A DNA stretch of 63,984 bases, the filler included, from Folioceros fuciformis (lineage: Eukaryota): assembly GCA_049999805.1 (NCBI GenBank). It is 7 parts of 7 records of this genome, joined end to end, with 100 filler letters (N's around TTAATTAATTAA, not from the genome) between each part and the next. Parts side by side here need not be neighbours in the genome. Positions count along the whole stretch, not along the records: positions 34,034 to 50,335 come from JBNGIO010004197.1; positions 50,436 to 58,107 come from JBNGIO010004201.1; 5 more parts are not named here. One strand, written 5' to 3'. This document shows, piece after piece, positions 45,478 through 58,063 of this stretch (positions within the stretch are counted from its first letter, which is position 1; every line of letters starts with the position of its first letter). Below the pieces are notes generated by a model. It had not been told where the DNA came from and did not search any database. It was given only the letters and a program-made list of their open reading frames with translations. The translations under genes and the position numbers were made by a program.

Positions 45478-47316
45478 ATGCAGGGACAGATGCAGATGCA
45501 GATGCTGCAGACTGGCATGAATCAAGTGTACGGCGTGAGCAATCGGGCACATATTATGGGTCCAGTGGCAGGCGACTTTGCAGGCGATTCACCGGACGGG
45601 TCCGGGGCAAGCATGGAGGCCATCCGGGAGCAGATGGTGTTGCTGCTGGAGCAGGGGTTGTACGATTCCGCGGAGCTGCTGGGGAGCTTCCTCTTGTCCT
45701 TGTCAGGGGCGGGCAGCGGGGATGCCTTGGCGGCCTCCAGGGCCGAGAACTTGGTGCTGTTTGGAGATGCGCTGTACGGGAGGAAGGAGCACAGGCGCGC
45801 TCTTAGCGCGTACAGGCAGGCTCTGCAGCACTGCAAGATGAGCCCCAAGGTGAACGGGGGTGGGGGCAGGATCGCTGGAGCGCCAGGAGTCAGGCCCGTG
45901 ACCAACTCTGCTGCGGCCTTCTCGCACGTCAATGAGAACGAGGTGAAGTACAAAATCGGGCTGTGCAATCTGGCGGTGCGCGATGTGCGGGCCGCCTTGT
46001 CGGAGATGGAGGGCATTCCTCCCAGGTCCAGGACTCTGAGGATCAACCTGGCCTTGGCCAAGCTGTATCGGATGACGGGGTACGAGAGGGCGTCCATCGC
46101 CTCGTACCGGGAGTGCCTGCGGCAGTGCCCTTACCTTCTGGAGGCCACCATTGCACTGGCGGAGCTCGGGGTGCCGGCCAAGGAGATATGCATGCTCTTC
46201 CCCCAGGCTGCAGGCAAGGTTGGGAGGCCTGGTGCAGAGCACATGGAGCAGCTACGCTGGCTGCATACCTTCGCCGAAGGCCACTGCAGCATCGCGCAGC
46301 ACGACCATAAGGGAGGGCTGGAGCTCTTCAGCAGTCTGGGACAGCGCTTTCCCAGCAGCCTGCACATCCAGCTGGAGACTGCCAAGGCAGAGACCGCCCT
46401 GGGCATGACGGACCAAGCGCTGCACAGCTTCGAGAAGGCCCGGCAGCTGGACCACTACAGCTTGACGGGCTTGGATGAGTATGCATTGTTGCTGCGGCAG
46501 AAGGGCGACAACATGGAGCTTAACCGGCTGCTCCATGACATGCTGGCCATCGACCATGCCAGGCCCGAGGTCTGGGTGGCATCGGCAGCGTACTGGGACA
46601 TGCAGGAGGACAAGCAGAGAGCCCTGACCTACACGGACAAGAGTGTGCAGCTGGATGAGAGGCACACCACTGCGTACATCATGAAGGGGAACCTTTCTCT
46701 GGCTCTCAACCGGCATGAGGCCGCTGTCATAGCCTTCAGGAAGGCGCAGTCCCTGAAGGCAGATCTCCGGTCTTACCAGGGCCTCGTGCGGGCGTACCTG
46801 ACGCTCTCCAAGCAAAAGGAGGCCCTGTGTGTAGCCCGGGAGGCCATGAAGGCCATGCCCCACTCTGCCAAGGCACTCACTCTCGTAGGAGATGTGTATG
46901 CACACACTCAGGATGGGCGGGAGAAGGCCCGGAAGTTCTATGAGTCGGCATTGCGATTGGAGCCTGGTTATCTGGGAGCTGTCTTGTCACTGGCCGATCT
47001 CAACGGCAAGGACGGGAGAGTGGAGGAGGCAATGGCGTTGCTACGCAGGTACCTCAAGAACTGCGCCGATGATGCTCTGCACACCAAGTTGGCTCAAGTC
47101 CTGGCGTCCACCAACAGAATAGGGGAGTCTCTGTCGCACTACCAAGCTGCCCTGAGCATCAACCCGCTGAATGATGCTGCTAAGAAGGGGTCCGACAGAT
47201 TGGCTATACTGATGAAGGGCCTAGATCCAGATGCTCAGGAAGAGGAGGAGGAACATGAAAGTGAGGAAGTTGACGGGCAGCCTGAAGAGGCTGAGTTTCT
47301 GTCTCACCGATTGTGA
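45478..47316 (+). CDS. APC7: Anaphase-promoting complex subunit 7 (TPR protein), intronless
   Basis: First ATG 45478. MEAIREQMVLLLEQGLYDSAELLG, ENLVLFGDALY, ENEVKYKI, YRECLRQCPY, RPEVWVA, DLRSYQGLV, FYESALRLEPGYLGA and acidic tail MKGLDPDAQEEEEE are typical of plant APC7. Confidence 0.9.
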   Translation: MQGQMQMQMLQTGMNQVYGVSNRAHIMGPVAGDFAGDSPDGSGASMEAIREQMVLLLEQGLYDSAELLGSFLLSLSGAGSGDALAASRAENLVLFGDALYGRKEHRRALSAYRQALQHCKMSPKVNGGGGRIAGAPGVRPVTNSAAAFSHVNENEVKYKIGLCNLAVRDVRAALSEMEGIPPRSRTLRINLALAKLYRMTGYERASIASYRECLRQCPYLLEATIALAELGVPAKEICMLFPQAAGKVGRPGAEHMEQLRWLHTFAEGHCSIAQHDHKGGLELFSSLGQRFPSSLHIQLETAKAETALGMTDQALHSFEKARQLDHYSLTGLDEYALLLRQKGDNMELNRLLHDMLAIDHARPEVWVASAAYWDMQEDKQRALTYTDKSVQLDERHTTAYIMKGNLSLALNRHEAAVIAFRKAQSLKADLRSYQGLVRAYLTLSKQKEALCVAREAMKAMPHSAKALTLVGDVYAHTQDGREKARKFYESALRLEPGYLGAVLSLADLNGKDGRVEEAMALLRRYLKNCADDALHTKLAQVLASTNRIGESLSHYQAALSINPLNDAAKKGSDRLAILMKGLDPDAQEEEEEHESEEVDGQPEEAEFLSHRL

Positions 47317-48091
47317 TCCCAATCGACGGGGGCAAAAGTGTACAACATAGGGTTTAGGTAGGAACGAAGTATGTAGATTGGTAGCACCAGGAGAGGGTCC
47401 AATGGATTTCAGGGAAGAAGCCTGTGATGTTTTCCTTGCCATGTGTGCCAGTGCACGGATTGAATGCGGGGGCAGAATTTTTGACGTATCTGCCGGCTAC
47501 GGGGAGCCAGGGAAACGTGCAGGCCGAGATTGGGTCCTTCACGGAGACGTATTCGCTGTGTTTGAGCTTGCGTTTCCTGGATTTCGTGTTAATATAGGGT
47601 AAAAGATGAAAACCGAGTTGGTTCCTCACGTTAGCGGGCCATAGCAGTTTGCGTAAGCCCTTTGGAAGGGATTGTGTATTTTTTTGGTAGTACGGAGGAC
47701 GGTACAAGTCGGTCACAATCTTCAGGTGTCCAGTCGTGGACGGACGAAAGTGGAGGTAGAATTTGTTCTGTATTTCTGTCGCACTTGAACAGTAGAATAG
47801 AGATATGAGTTGTGTATGTACGTGGTGGGTACGAACTACATCGCAAGCAATGGTTATTTCTGTCTAAAAGAAAAAGACAAACTGGATGTAGCAGATGAAA
47901 TTCCATCTTCATTTTTCTTTCATGATGGCGAAATTCAATATCTACAATCGAAATGCAAAAGCAGAATCTGTTCGTTAAAAATCTGCGCCTGCACCAATTC
48001 GACAGACTTATATAACAACATGCTGCTAGCTTGCGTAGCATGACTTGCCCTTCAGAGTGTGTGTTAGGAGTGTTTCTCACCGTCAAATTTC

Positions 48092-49633
48092 TCACACTCC
48101 TCCCGGACGTGTTTCTCTGTCCGGAGCCATACCCACATGTGCGTTGTTTGGCTTTGAGGGGTGGAAGGACGACAGTGTCATCTCCTCTCCCCCGTAGTAT
48201 TTCCCCTCGTGCTGAGAACCGTCCGCGTGGTAATAAGCCTGACCTCCGTGCCTAGTAGCGTCTAGCCCGCTCATCTCGTCGTCGGCAGAAATCCTTAAAT
48301 GCCCAAATCTGTGGAGGAGCCAAAACACGGGAGCCATGGTAGCAGTCACCCAGCCAGCAATCACCAAAATCTCTATGATCTGTGCGGCCAAGAGATTGCC
48401 TCCACCTCTCATGAACAATCCGTGATGATGAGCAGCCTCTCCGTACGCCTGCTTCACGTACTCCTCTTTGGCAAACAGACCAGTGAAGAGAAGACCCCAA
48501 GCCCCGCAGCCACCGTGCAGCTGAGCAGCTTCCAAAGGATCATCGTATTCGAATTTTTGGGCCAAGAGGTTGAGACCGATCAATACCCAGGCGGCACCAA
48601 TACCACAGACGATGGAAGCCCATGGATCGACTACAGCACAACCGGCAGTGATGGCTGCAAATCCTCCCAGCAAACCGTTGCACACATCTGTGACATTCCA
48701 GTGACCATTGAGCCACCTCCTAGTAAAAAGGGTCGCCAGGGCTGCCGAACAACCTGCCAGAGTAGTGGTGACAGCAGTTCGGCCGATGCCAGACCAATTG
48801 CCCTCGAACCCGTCGGAAAAGGGGACAAGAATCTTAAGCCAGGAGCCGGGATTGAAGCCGTACCAGCCAAACCAGAGAATGAACGTTCCAAGCACCACCA
48901 GAGTGGCACTGTGTCCCTTCATCACCACGGTACCGGTCTTGTCAAATCTGCCGATGCGAGGGCCTTCGATGAAAGCTCCCCAGAAGCCGGCAACTCCTCC
49001 GACCATGTGCACAACGCCACTACCAGCAAAGTCGATAGCGCCCGTGCCAAACAACTTGTTCGTCGTCTTGAAGGCAGAGGCCCAGCCGTAGGGAGACCAA
49101 ATCCAGTGCGACGTCACGGGGTAGACGAAGCCGGTCAGGATGGAGGAGTAAACCAGGTAGGCAACGAACTGAGTGCGCTCGGCAATGGAGCCGGAGGTAA
49201 TCCCCGCTGCAGCAATGGCGAAGGCCCACTGGTAGAGGAAGAAGGAGTAGTCATACTGCAGCTGGGTATTAGGCATGTCCTTGAGCGCGAACAAATTGGA
49301 GCCTATGAAGCCATTCCCGCCCTTCCCGAACGCAAAACCGTATCCGAAGAGGTAGTAGGAGATCCCCCCGGCAGCGGCGTCCAGAACGTTGGTGAGCATG
49401 ATATTCATGGTGTTCTTGGCCCTGACGGAACCTGCGCACAACATGGCGAAGCCCAGCTGCATGACGAAGACGAGGTAGGCGGAGAAGAGCAGATAAGTGT
49501 TGTCCACCGCCAGCCTGGTGGCAGACATGTTTGCCGAAGTTTCAGAGAACTGCTGGCACAGCAAGTCGACGAGTTGGCCGTTCCCATTGGCCGCACTGAG
49601 AAGCTGATCCCTGTAGTCCAAAGAACACGCCAT
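48092..49633 (-). CDS. AMT1: Ammonium transporter, plant AMT1 family
   Basis: ATG 49633. [77 protein letters not shown] and C-tail DATRHGG with the conserved regulatory Thr. Confidence 0.97.
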   Translation of the reverse strand: MACSLDYRDQLLSAANGNGQLVDLLCQQFSETSANMSATRLAVDNTYLLFSAYLVFVMQLGFAMLCAGSVRAKNTMNIMLTNVLDAAAGGISYYLFGYGFAFGKGGNGFIGSNLFALKDMPNTQLQYDYSFFLYQWAFAIAAAGITSGSIAERTQFVAYLVYSSILTGFVYPVTSHWIWSPYGWASAFKTTNKLFGTGAIDFAGSGVVHMVGGVAGFWGAFIEGPRIGRFDKTGTVVMKGHSATLVVLGTFILWFGWYGFNPGSWLKILVPFSDGFEGNWSGIGRTAVTTTLAGCSAALATLFTRRWLNGHWNVTDVCNGLLGGFAAITAGCAVVDPWASIVCGIGAAWVLIGLNLLAQKFEYDDPLEAAQLHGGCGAWGLLFTGLFAKEEYVKQAYGEAAHHHGLFMRGGGNLLAAQIIEILVIAGWVTATMAPVFWLLHRFGHLRISADDEMSGLDATRHGGQAYYHADGSQHEGKYYGGEEMTLSSFHPSKPNNAHVGMAPDRETRPGGV

Positions 49634-50573
49634 GGTTCCTCGCTCAGCTAGCACCGCCGACGCTGGAACAAACGCGCAGGCTTCACCCGGATCCTACTCC
49701 CCTGCCTTCAGTCCAGCCCCGAGATATCCTGCACAAGCGGACTTCAACGACTACACAATCCACCTGCGGACTTCAACGACTACACAATCCACCACTCCAT
49801 ACCTCTCCAACTCTGGACGAGTCGTCGCGCCGCAAGACTTACTGGAAATCCCTCCTCCAACTTGCCGCCGCCTGCCGGCAAACCACACCACACAACAAAA
49901 TCAACAATCCACCAATTCACTCCCGAGATCACAAAATCCCTCAACCAAAATCCACACGATCAGCCTCGCCCTCGCCAGCCACACCCTCTAATACTGAGCG
50001 CGCAGGCGCAGGCCCACACAAAGGCCCCGAATTCTGATACTGCGCGATCGTAGCAAACACCGCAGCCACAGCACATGCGCAGCACGTTGGCGCGGGCGAC
50101 TTACGCGAGAACACACCAGACAGAGGGGGGAACTGAGGAGCCTGGCTCACCGGAACATGGACGAGCCAAATGCCGAGACCGGGGAGCCCGCCGACACGCA
50201 GCCAACCAGACGAAGAGCGCAGAGCCTAGAGCAAGCTCAGCCCCCACCCCGGGGATGCAGACTATAAAAGGGGGCCAGAGGGACGAAGGAGGGCACGACG
50301 GTCCTCGTTCAAAACCCGTTCCGTCCACCGTACCCNNNNNNNNNNNNNNNNNNNNNNNNNNNNNNNNNNNNNNNNNNNNTTAATTAATTAANNNNNNNNN
50401 NNNNNNNNNNNNNNNNNNNNNNNNNNNNNNNNNNNGTGACACTGACATACCCAGATACCCGTTCCTATGTTCAAACCATTATTTTATTATTTATTATTAT
50501 TTTATTATTATTTAATCATTTAATATTATTATTTAATTGTATATATCTTTAATTAATATTAAACTAATCACCC

Positions 50574-50817
50574 AACCCTATGGCCTGGTACCAAACCTAA
50601 ACCTTCCCATGTCTGGGACCAAACCTATACCCACTCTTATAACCAAACCAACTATTTCCTGGTCAATTAACCTAATTAGCACAAAGAAAAATAGGGAAAA
50701 TGACCAGAAAATCAAGAAAAATTAGGGAAAATAAGTTGAAAAAGAAAACCAAACCATACCACTATTAACCCTTTTTCAACCAAAACAAACTACTACCCCA
50801 AACTTTGGAGGTTCACA
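50574..50817 (+). repeat. Dispersed ~245-bp repeat, copy 2
   Basis: Matches 32497-32741; followed by a 32-bp tandem duplication at about 50821-50885. Confidence 0.9.
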
Positions 50818-51329
50818 ACATCTCCGAGCTCTTGCAGACCACCACTAAAAAGTCTCCGAGCCCTTGCAGACCACCACTAAAAAGGCTCAGTATTGATGAC
50901 AGACCACATACGTATGCCTGCAGGAATAGCCTCCCCGTCCCCATTCCTGGTTCCTGCCCGTGTCCCCCGTTGGTCCAGTCCTGCAGGTTGGGGTTTCTCC
51001 CACCAACCCAACCAACCGGTTCCCACACGTCCCTGAGCACCTGTGATCGCCTGAGCAAAGGGCTGGCCACAACCACCCCACTCAAGGGAAATACACACTG
51101 ACATCCCAAGCCCTGTGGTTCCTCTCGCTACATGATTCCACAGGCAGAGCAACTTGAAACCTCTAGCCCTGGCCCCCTCGAGGCAGCTGCCTGCAACCTG
51201 CCTGTCCCTATGAACATGAGAGTTGTCTTTTGCAATGTGAAGGCGCAAGGGCAGCATGGCCGCGTCAGGTCAGTCGCCCTCCTCCTTCTGCTCCGCAACC
51301 TCCCCCTTGTCAGGCTTCTGGCTAGGCCA

Positions 51330-53580
51330 CTGACTAGCTGGATGGCTAGATCCTACTCGCCAGTCGATCAGCCACCAATTTGCCCGCAGTCGACCATGCT
51401 GCCTGCGCTGCTAACGCTGGGTCACCTGCCGAATGATCCCTGCTTTAATTCGCCTGCCCGCTTAGATCCATTGCCAGGCCGCCCACCCGGATCCGCTCAG
51501 CACGATCAGGCCACCTTCGCTGCTGGCCCGCTTACTGGCTGCTTGGTAGGCAAGATCCGCCTGCAAGGCCACCCCGCTAGCCAATCAACCCGGCCACTTG
51601 CCTCTTGTAGCCTGGCGGCTCCAGCCCTGATTTCGCCAGCCCGCCAACTAACTAGGCCGCCCGCAAGCCGGCTTGCTCTGTCCGGCCTCGACCAGCCTAC
51701 CTGCCTCCATCGGATCCCGCCCCTTGCTAGTATCCCACTAGCCCGTCATGGCGATCCGGCACCGGCTGCTTGCTGCCGTCCTAGCTTCCTTGTTCCGCCT
51801 ACTTAGCCGGCCAGTGCCACGATCTGCCTGCCTGGACTCCAGTAGCTGGGCCTCCGCGCTGCTGGGGCGCCTGCCCGCCCCCAGCAGCTGGCCCGCTAGC
51901 CAGTCGCTACAAACCGCTGGCTAGCTTGCTGGATCGCTAGCCAGATATCTAGCCAGACCCACCAAGCACCTCACTGGTCCCGTCCGATCATGCCCTGCCT
52001 GGCCACCTGGACTTGGTCGTCACCCATCCGCCAGGTCGCCTTCCTGGCTTGACTGCTCCCCAGCTTGCAGGCAGCCCGCCAGTTTGGCTGCCCAGCCCGG
52101 CTGGTTGAGCAGCCCGGCCGAACTGGCTTCACTGTCCTGCTTCGGTCCAGCCCTTGGTCGTCTGGCTGCTTGTAGCCAGCCAGCCCAATCAATTGGCTGG
52201 CCGCTGACGACCCGCTCAGCTCCTACCCCCCGACTCGAGGCCAGTCGAGCCGATTCCTGTAAGCCAACTCGCCTTGATGAGGCCGAGGATCAGCCCGAGC
52301 CAACTTGGATCTTAGCCGGCCGGCCTAGACGCTCCTTGGACACAGCATCACCCCCTTGCCCATCCAGCCTACGCCAAGTGGCTGCTGCCTAGCTAGATCT
52401 ATCTGCAAGTCACCTGCAAGCTGCCTCCCTGCGCCGGCTGGACAAGCACAGCCGGCTCAAGCCGGCTCCTGCCCTCCACATCCACCCAGGCTGCCTGGTT
52501 GGTTCTGCCACCTCCAGTCCACCCGCAGCCTGCAGACCCGGCCAGTCCGGCCTCCCTCTGGCTCCGACCTCACTTAGGTCAACCCCAGCTGCCAAGCCGC
52601 CTCCGACGCGACCTCCTGGCTGGCTGGATCCGCCAGCCACCCTTCGCCTAGCCAACTAGCCAACCTCCTGCCCGGCTTGCCTTCCCCCTGGGTCTGGCTA
52701 GGCAGCCCGATCACAGCCCTTCAGCTACCTGTGGCCCGGCTAGCCTGCTAGCAGCCAGCCAGCCCGGCTGGTCGAACAGTAACACACAGCCAGGCCGAAC
52801 CCGGCCGGAAGGATCTGACCGGGCAACATCCCTCCAAGACCCTACTTAGCCAGCTCTTCGGTTGGCTCCAGGGTCGGCCATCCAGCCCAGGCGAATCCAG
52901 CACCACCCCTGGCTGATCCGCGTCGACCTCATGTCCCGACCTGCCTCCAGCACTCACCTTCCGACCGGTTCCAAGCCAGCTAGCCTCCAGGCCTGTCCCC
53001 ACCGCCCAGGATCAAGCCTCCAGATTCCACCAACAGCCATCCTGCCCAGTTTGGCCGCACCAGGCTGGATCAGCCACCCACGGCTCGGCTCCAAAGTCGG
53101 GCAGCCAGGCCGCCATCGGGCCTAACCTGCGGGTCTACAAGCAGCCAGGCCATTGTCACCCGGCCTGGCTGATGTGCCGCCATCCGCCCTTACCGAGTCG
53201 CCAGACACCCAACTACCGGGCTGCAGGGTTGGCCGGCCACAGCCCCAGCTAGTTGCCCGATCTTTGAATCCGGTCCTGGCTAGATCCGCCAATCTGAGTG
53301 TCCGCCTGCCTCTTGTCGAGACCATGCGGCCAGTGCCTTGATTCCACCGTGAATCCATCCTGGCCCGTTCCTGCAAGCCAAGCGACCTTCCTGCTCTGCC
53401 TCGGCCAGTCCCCCCACCCCAGATCCATGCCCAGCTTGGTTTCAGGCCTGATTTGCTCCCACCGGCCCAGCTAGCTGACTCTACATGCACAGCTGACCAA
53501 CCTTGCGCCGCCCTGACTCCGACTGCATCCCGCCGACCAGGCCCGTCCTCAGCCCAGGTCAAGTCAGCTAATCAGTGTGG
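51330..53580. repeat. C-rich low-complexity tract (GCCAGCC/GCTAGC-type motifs), probably TE non-coding interior
   Basis: High GC, strong C skew, recurrent short motifs, no coherent protein in any frame. Confidence 0.5.
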
Positions 53581-53584
53581 CTAG

Positions 53585-53866
53585 TGTAGGGATTAAACCC
53601 CAATGTGCTTAGACTAATGTGTTTAGTCTAAGATTAGTGTCTAGTTAGGTATCATTAGTTTAGAGAAGCTTAAGCTAATCTATAGGAAGCTTCTTGCGTA
53701 GCTTCCTGTGTGCTTCTTGTGAAGCTTCCTAGGGAGCTCTTCTAGAGGGTATAAATACCCCCTTGAGCTCCCTTGTCTATGGTGAGAGTGTGACCTCTCT
53801 TTCTCCTCTCCTCCTTGCCTCCTCCTCTCTTCTCCTTCACCATGGAGCTCCTAGAGCGTTCCTTCA
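53585..53866 (+). mobile_element. Isolated complete LTR of Copia family A
   Basis: TGTAGGGATTAAA...CCTTCA matches 16055-16311; flanks GCTAG and CTTAC are not a TSD. Confidence 0.92.
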
Positions 53867-54279
53867 CTTACCCAGAGTCGACGCTCCCCCTGGCCTGGCC
53901 ATCTGGCTGGCTAGCTTTTCCCGAATCTGATGCTCCCACAACCTTAGGCCCTCCCTGCGTGACCGCCTGCTCTCAGGCCCTCGGTCCCAGGCACCTCTAT
54001 CCTCGTCTCCCACTTCCAACAGCATCAGCCTCTGGCTCACCTCCCATGACCCGTTCTAGGGTTCCTGTTCCTCTGTTACCTTATCTTGAGGAACTGTAGC
54101 CCGTGTCTATCTACCACACACCCTCCTAGATCCTATCGACTCACCATTAATCTAGCTACTAATCTAACCTAATCTTCTGACCATTTCACTACAGGATTCA
54201 CTCAGAGATTCCAAAAAGAAAAATCCTACCATTTTCTAGGGACTTGTTCAGCATGTGGAGTCCACACTATGATAACTCT

Positions 54280-56269
54280 GGCGATATGAGATACCGTGTG
54301 TGGGATCCAGAAGCCAAGAAGGTTGTTCGCAGCAATGACGTGTTCTTCAATGAGACCAAGATGCACAAGAAGCCTACTCCAACCGTGGAGGTGCAACGGG
54401 TGGTCTTCCAAGAAGATGGACTTGACCGTCACGCGCAGGTTAAATATTGTGATGTGCNNNNNNNNNNNNNNNNNNNNNNNNNNNNNNNNNNNNNNNNNNN
54501 NNNNNNNNNNNNNNNNNNNNNNNNNNNNNNNNNNNNNNNNNNNNNNNNNNNNNNNNNGTGATTGACAAGGACAAGTGGGAGAAGGCGATGCAGTCGCAAA
54601 TGGATTTGCTCCATAAGAACCAAACTTGGGAGTTGGTTCGGTTGCCTAGGGGTAAGAAGGCATTGCCATGCAAATGGGTGTATAAGATGAAGATCATACC
54701 CCATGATGGCAAACCCAAGTACAAGGCACGATTGGTTGCTAAGGGTTTTAAGCAACAGCAAGGTATTGACTTTGATGAGATTTTCTCACCAGTTGTCAAA
54801 ATGACCACCTTGCGATGTGTCCTTGGTCTGGTTGCGAGGCACGACATGGAACTTATCCAAATGGATGTGAAGTCGGCATTTCTGCATGGTGATCTTTAGG
54901 AAGAGGTATACATGCAGCAACCAGAGGGTTTCATTGAGAAGGGCAAAGAGAATCTCGTGTGCAGGTTACAGAAGAGCCTTTATGGTTTGAAGCAGGCACC
55001 CACGTATTCAAGTTCCACTCATTTATGCTTTCTCAAGGCTACAAGCGTAGCGATGAGGATCATTGCCTCTATATGAAGCAAGCTAAGGATGGAAGCTTGC
55101 TCATTCTGGTCCTCTATGTGGATGATATGCTAATTGTTGGGACTAACAGTGATGAGATTTCAGCATTGAAGTCCAAGTTGAATGGTCGCTTTAACATGAT
55201 AGACTTGGGAGAGGCAAGCCATCTTCTTGGCATGCGTATTCATCGAGACAGACAGAAGTATTTGCTTTACTTATTTCAGACTAAATACATTAAAAGGGTG
55301 CTTTAACGTTTCAACATGGAGAAGGGGAAGCTATTGAGTACTCCATTGCCTTCATATGTGAAACTTCCGAGCAAGGATTGTCCAAGCTCTGCGAAGAACA
55401 AAGATGAAATGGCGAAGTTTCCATACTCATCAACTATAGCGAGTTTGATGTATGCAATGATTGCTACACATCCTAACATTGCTTTTGCAGTGGGAGTGGT
55501 TAGCAGGTTTATGTCAAACTTTGGTAGGAAGCATTGGGAGGCAGTAAAACGAGTTATGAGGTATTTCAATGGTACAAAAGCTTTGTGCATATGTTTTGGT
55601 AGTGAAGATGCATCTGTCGTGAGATATACGGATGCTGATTATGCAGGGGATATGGACAAAAGGAGGTCCACATCAGGTTATGTCTTCATGTGCACTAGAG
55701 GGGCAGTTTCATGGCGATCTCGTTTACAATCGTGCATAACGCTTTCTACCACAGAAGCCGAGTATGTTGCAGTGACTGAGGCTTGCAAGGAAGCCATGTG
55801 GCTTACTCGTTTAGTGGGAGACTTGGGGATCAAGGTTGAGCTGCCAATGTTGCTTTGTGATAGCCAGAGTGCTATCCAATTGGTGAAGAATCCAGTGTTT
55901 CATGCGAAGATCAAACATGTGGAAGTGAAGTATCACTTCATTCGAGAGGTGTTGGAAGACAAGAGGGTACAACTTGTCAAAGTTCACACCAGTCAAAACC
56001 CTGCAGATATTCTTACCAAGGGGCTCTCTACGGAGCAATTTGCACAAGCTCGGATAGTCATGGGCATGAGGTAAACCACTCTCCTATGAAGGTAAATTGG
56101 CCTTTAAGTTATTAAAGCTCAACGTGCTTAGACAAATGTGTTTAGTCTAAGAGTAGTGTTTAGTTAAGTATCATTTGTTTAGATTAGCTTAAGCTAATAT
56201 GTAGGAAGCTTCTTGCATAGCTTCCTGCGTGCTTCTTGTGAAGCTTCCTTGGGAGCTCTTCTAGAGGGC
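54280..56269 (+). mobile_element. Copia family A copy 3, 5'-truncated (integrase tail, RT, RNaseH, partial 3'LTR)
   Basis: YRVWDPEAKK..., KARLVAKGFKQ, YVDD, ADILTKGL...MGMR* at 56074. The PPT and LTR start are deleted (CCTTTAAG joins TTATTAAAG); partial LTR about 56108-56269. Confidence 0.93.
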
Positions 56270-56600
56270 TTCCACTACTGGTTGCTCCTTCTGTGATCGC
56301 TTTCTCCATTTCGTGACCGTCGTCGGGTTTCGACTACCTCCCTTCTTAAACTAAGTCCACACATAGACCAATAACAGCCTCTGCGCCTAACGATCGTATT
56401 CCATGAAGCCCGTTTGGCGCACTTTTAAATTTACACCATCCTAGGCACATATCCATCTTTAAGCTGGTTTTAAAAAACCGTATTGTTTGGACGTGTGTTG
56501 GACATAACCCATAATCATAAATAACTAGAACACCACACGCGTACCGAAACATGAAGTAGAAGACTGAAAACGTTTCGACAAAAATCCAAATCGTCCTTTG

Positions 56601-56624
56601 AGTGCGCCGGTCTACCGGCGCACT
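56601..56624. repeat. GC-rich palindrome AGTGCGCCGGT-CT-ACCGGCGCACT
   Basis: Perfect 11-bp arms; inverted sister copy at 58038-58063. Confidence 0.9.
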
Positions 56625-56747
56625 GAACAGTGTGTTTCACTAAAATCAATCTGGCTATGTGCATGCTATGAATAGAAAACCTTTACCAGTCAAATTTAAA
56701 TAAAGGCATATTGTACCACAAACTGCAAGCACTTTCAATCTACTTCT

Positions 56748-57921
56748 TTAGATCAAGTCATGGACGTCCTGGATGGCCTCAGAATCGACAACTATCTCTA
56801 CATCTCTAAGACGTTGGCCCTCTGTATCGCCAAAGTCGTCTCCTTCCACCTCCAGTATCGAGAAATGTGGATCGTCCACTGTCTGAGGTGGAAGCGTGCC
56901 ATTCTCATCCCAAATGGTCAGCGCATACAGGTCTTCAGCTGGTCGGTCATCTGAGTGCGTAATAACTTCACCTTTCTTTCCCAGCAGACTGTAAACCTGC
57001 ATCCGTCGATCCACGCTTTCGTCCACACATACTTCCTTGGCCCAAAACTTTGTGGGCCCATGAGAGAAGGGGTCTGTGCTGATCTCTTCATCAGCGTCTG
57101 GCAAAGATCTAAGGCCATTCACTCTCTGCATCATGTAAGTCGTGCATCGTATATCGATGTTCATCGTGACTTCATGCCTCCCTCTCTGAATAGCAACCTG
57201 AAGGAATGATCCGGATCCTGCACAGGCATCCGCTACCCAGTCCCCCTCAATCAAAAACATGTTCACTAGCATCCCCATAAGCCCCAACGGCTTCTGGTAT
57301 GGGGAGACGACCATCGAATCTGCGAGTGAAAGAGGTGCTTTTTCACAACAGCACCATGCCTTATCACTCTTGGCAATAGAAAACCCTGATTCGGAATAAG
57401 GCTGCTTTGATGGTCTAAGCTTCCAAGTGGACTACACTGCCAACTGTCAGGCACTCCACAGTCTCCACTGCCCCTGCATTCTGCGGAATATTCGTCTTTT
57501 CCCAAACCAGTGTCTATATGCTGCCTTTCTTGCACCACGTCCTACGTGCCTCTCTCGCTTGTGAGATCAGGTCAACTCCATGCATAAGCACCACTCGATA
57601 AACATTGCTAGTCGTGCATTCCAAAAACCCCTTGATCATATCTTCAAGTTCCTCGTTAGTCAACTGCCTATCGTAATCACGTCGTTGAAGCCCACGAGGC
57701 AAATCAGCGAACAACAGGGTATAAGGTCTCTTTACCAAAAAACCACTCATGTCAAGAACACTTTGCTGCATCACTTGATACTTGGTTTTTTGGTTGCTGT
57801 TGGACACTCTGAACTCTGACAACCCAGCATCCATGTCAACGTCCGCTAGCTTCTGCTTCTCCTCTTCTAACCGTTTCCAATTCTGTGCTGAGTACACGTA
57901 ATCCTGGAACGGCTTGGGCAA
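56748..57921 (-). pseudogene. Decayed beta-class N4-cytosine/N6-adenine DNA methyltransferase-like gene
   Basis: Ordered motifs YTLLFADLPRG (motif IV, DPPY-like), *TLVWEKTN, TVECLTVG, then SPYQKPLGLMGMLVNMFLIEGDWVADACAGSGSFLQVAIQRGRHEVTMNID (motifs X-I-II). In-frame TAG at 57514-57516 and frameshifts near 57420 and 57320. Confidence 0.72.
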
Positions 57922-58037
57922 CGATTCCAGGTCATTTATATCTGCAGGTTTCTACCAACAAATACATTCGTCAGCAAACTATGTGGCATTCATTCTTCAA
58001 AATGGTTAGACTACGCCGTTGGCTTGGTCAATGGTTA

Positions 58038-58063
58038 GAGTGCGCCGGTAGACCGGTGCACTC
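58038..58063. repeat. GC-rich palindrome GAGTGCGCCGGT-AG-ACCGGTGCACTC
   Basis: Inverted near-copy of 56601-56624; a possible third copy begins AGTGCGC at 58101, at the gap edge. Confidence 0.88.

Noticed and set aside
47299-47316. APC7 C-terminal HRL as a peroxisomal signal
   Set aside because: Non-canonical tripeptide on a nuclear/cytosolic complex subunit; probably chance.
48299-49651. 450-aa antisense ORF over AMT1 (and antisense ORFs over APC7 and the PPR genes)
   Set aside because: Shadow ORFs from GC3-rich codon usage; no recognisable motifs.
51132-54099. Pro/Ala/Arg-rich ORFs in the C-rich tract
   Set aside because: Low complexity, open in many frames, no domain signatures.
56273-56282. 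CACTAC as a CACTA transposon terminus for the MTase cassette
   Set aside because: Only a 5-6 bp match; no partner TIR, TSD or transposase visible.
57514-57516. In-frame TAG in the MTase as a stop repaired by U-to-C editing from the neighbouring PPR
   Set aside because: PPR editing is organellar, the ORF also has frameshifts, and an artificial spacer separates the two loci.
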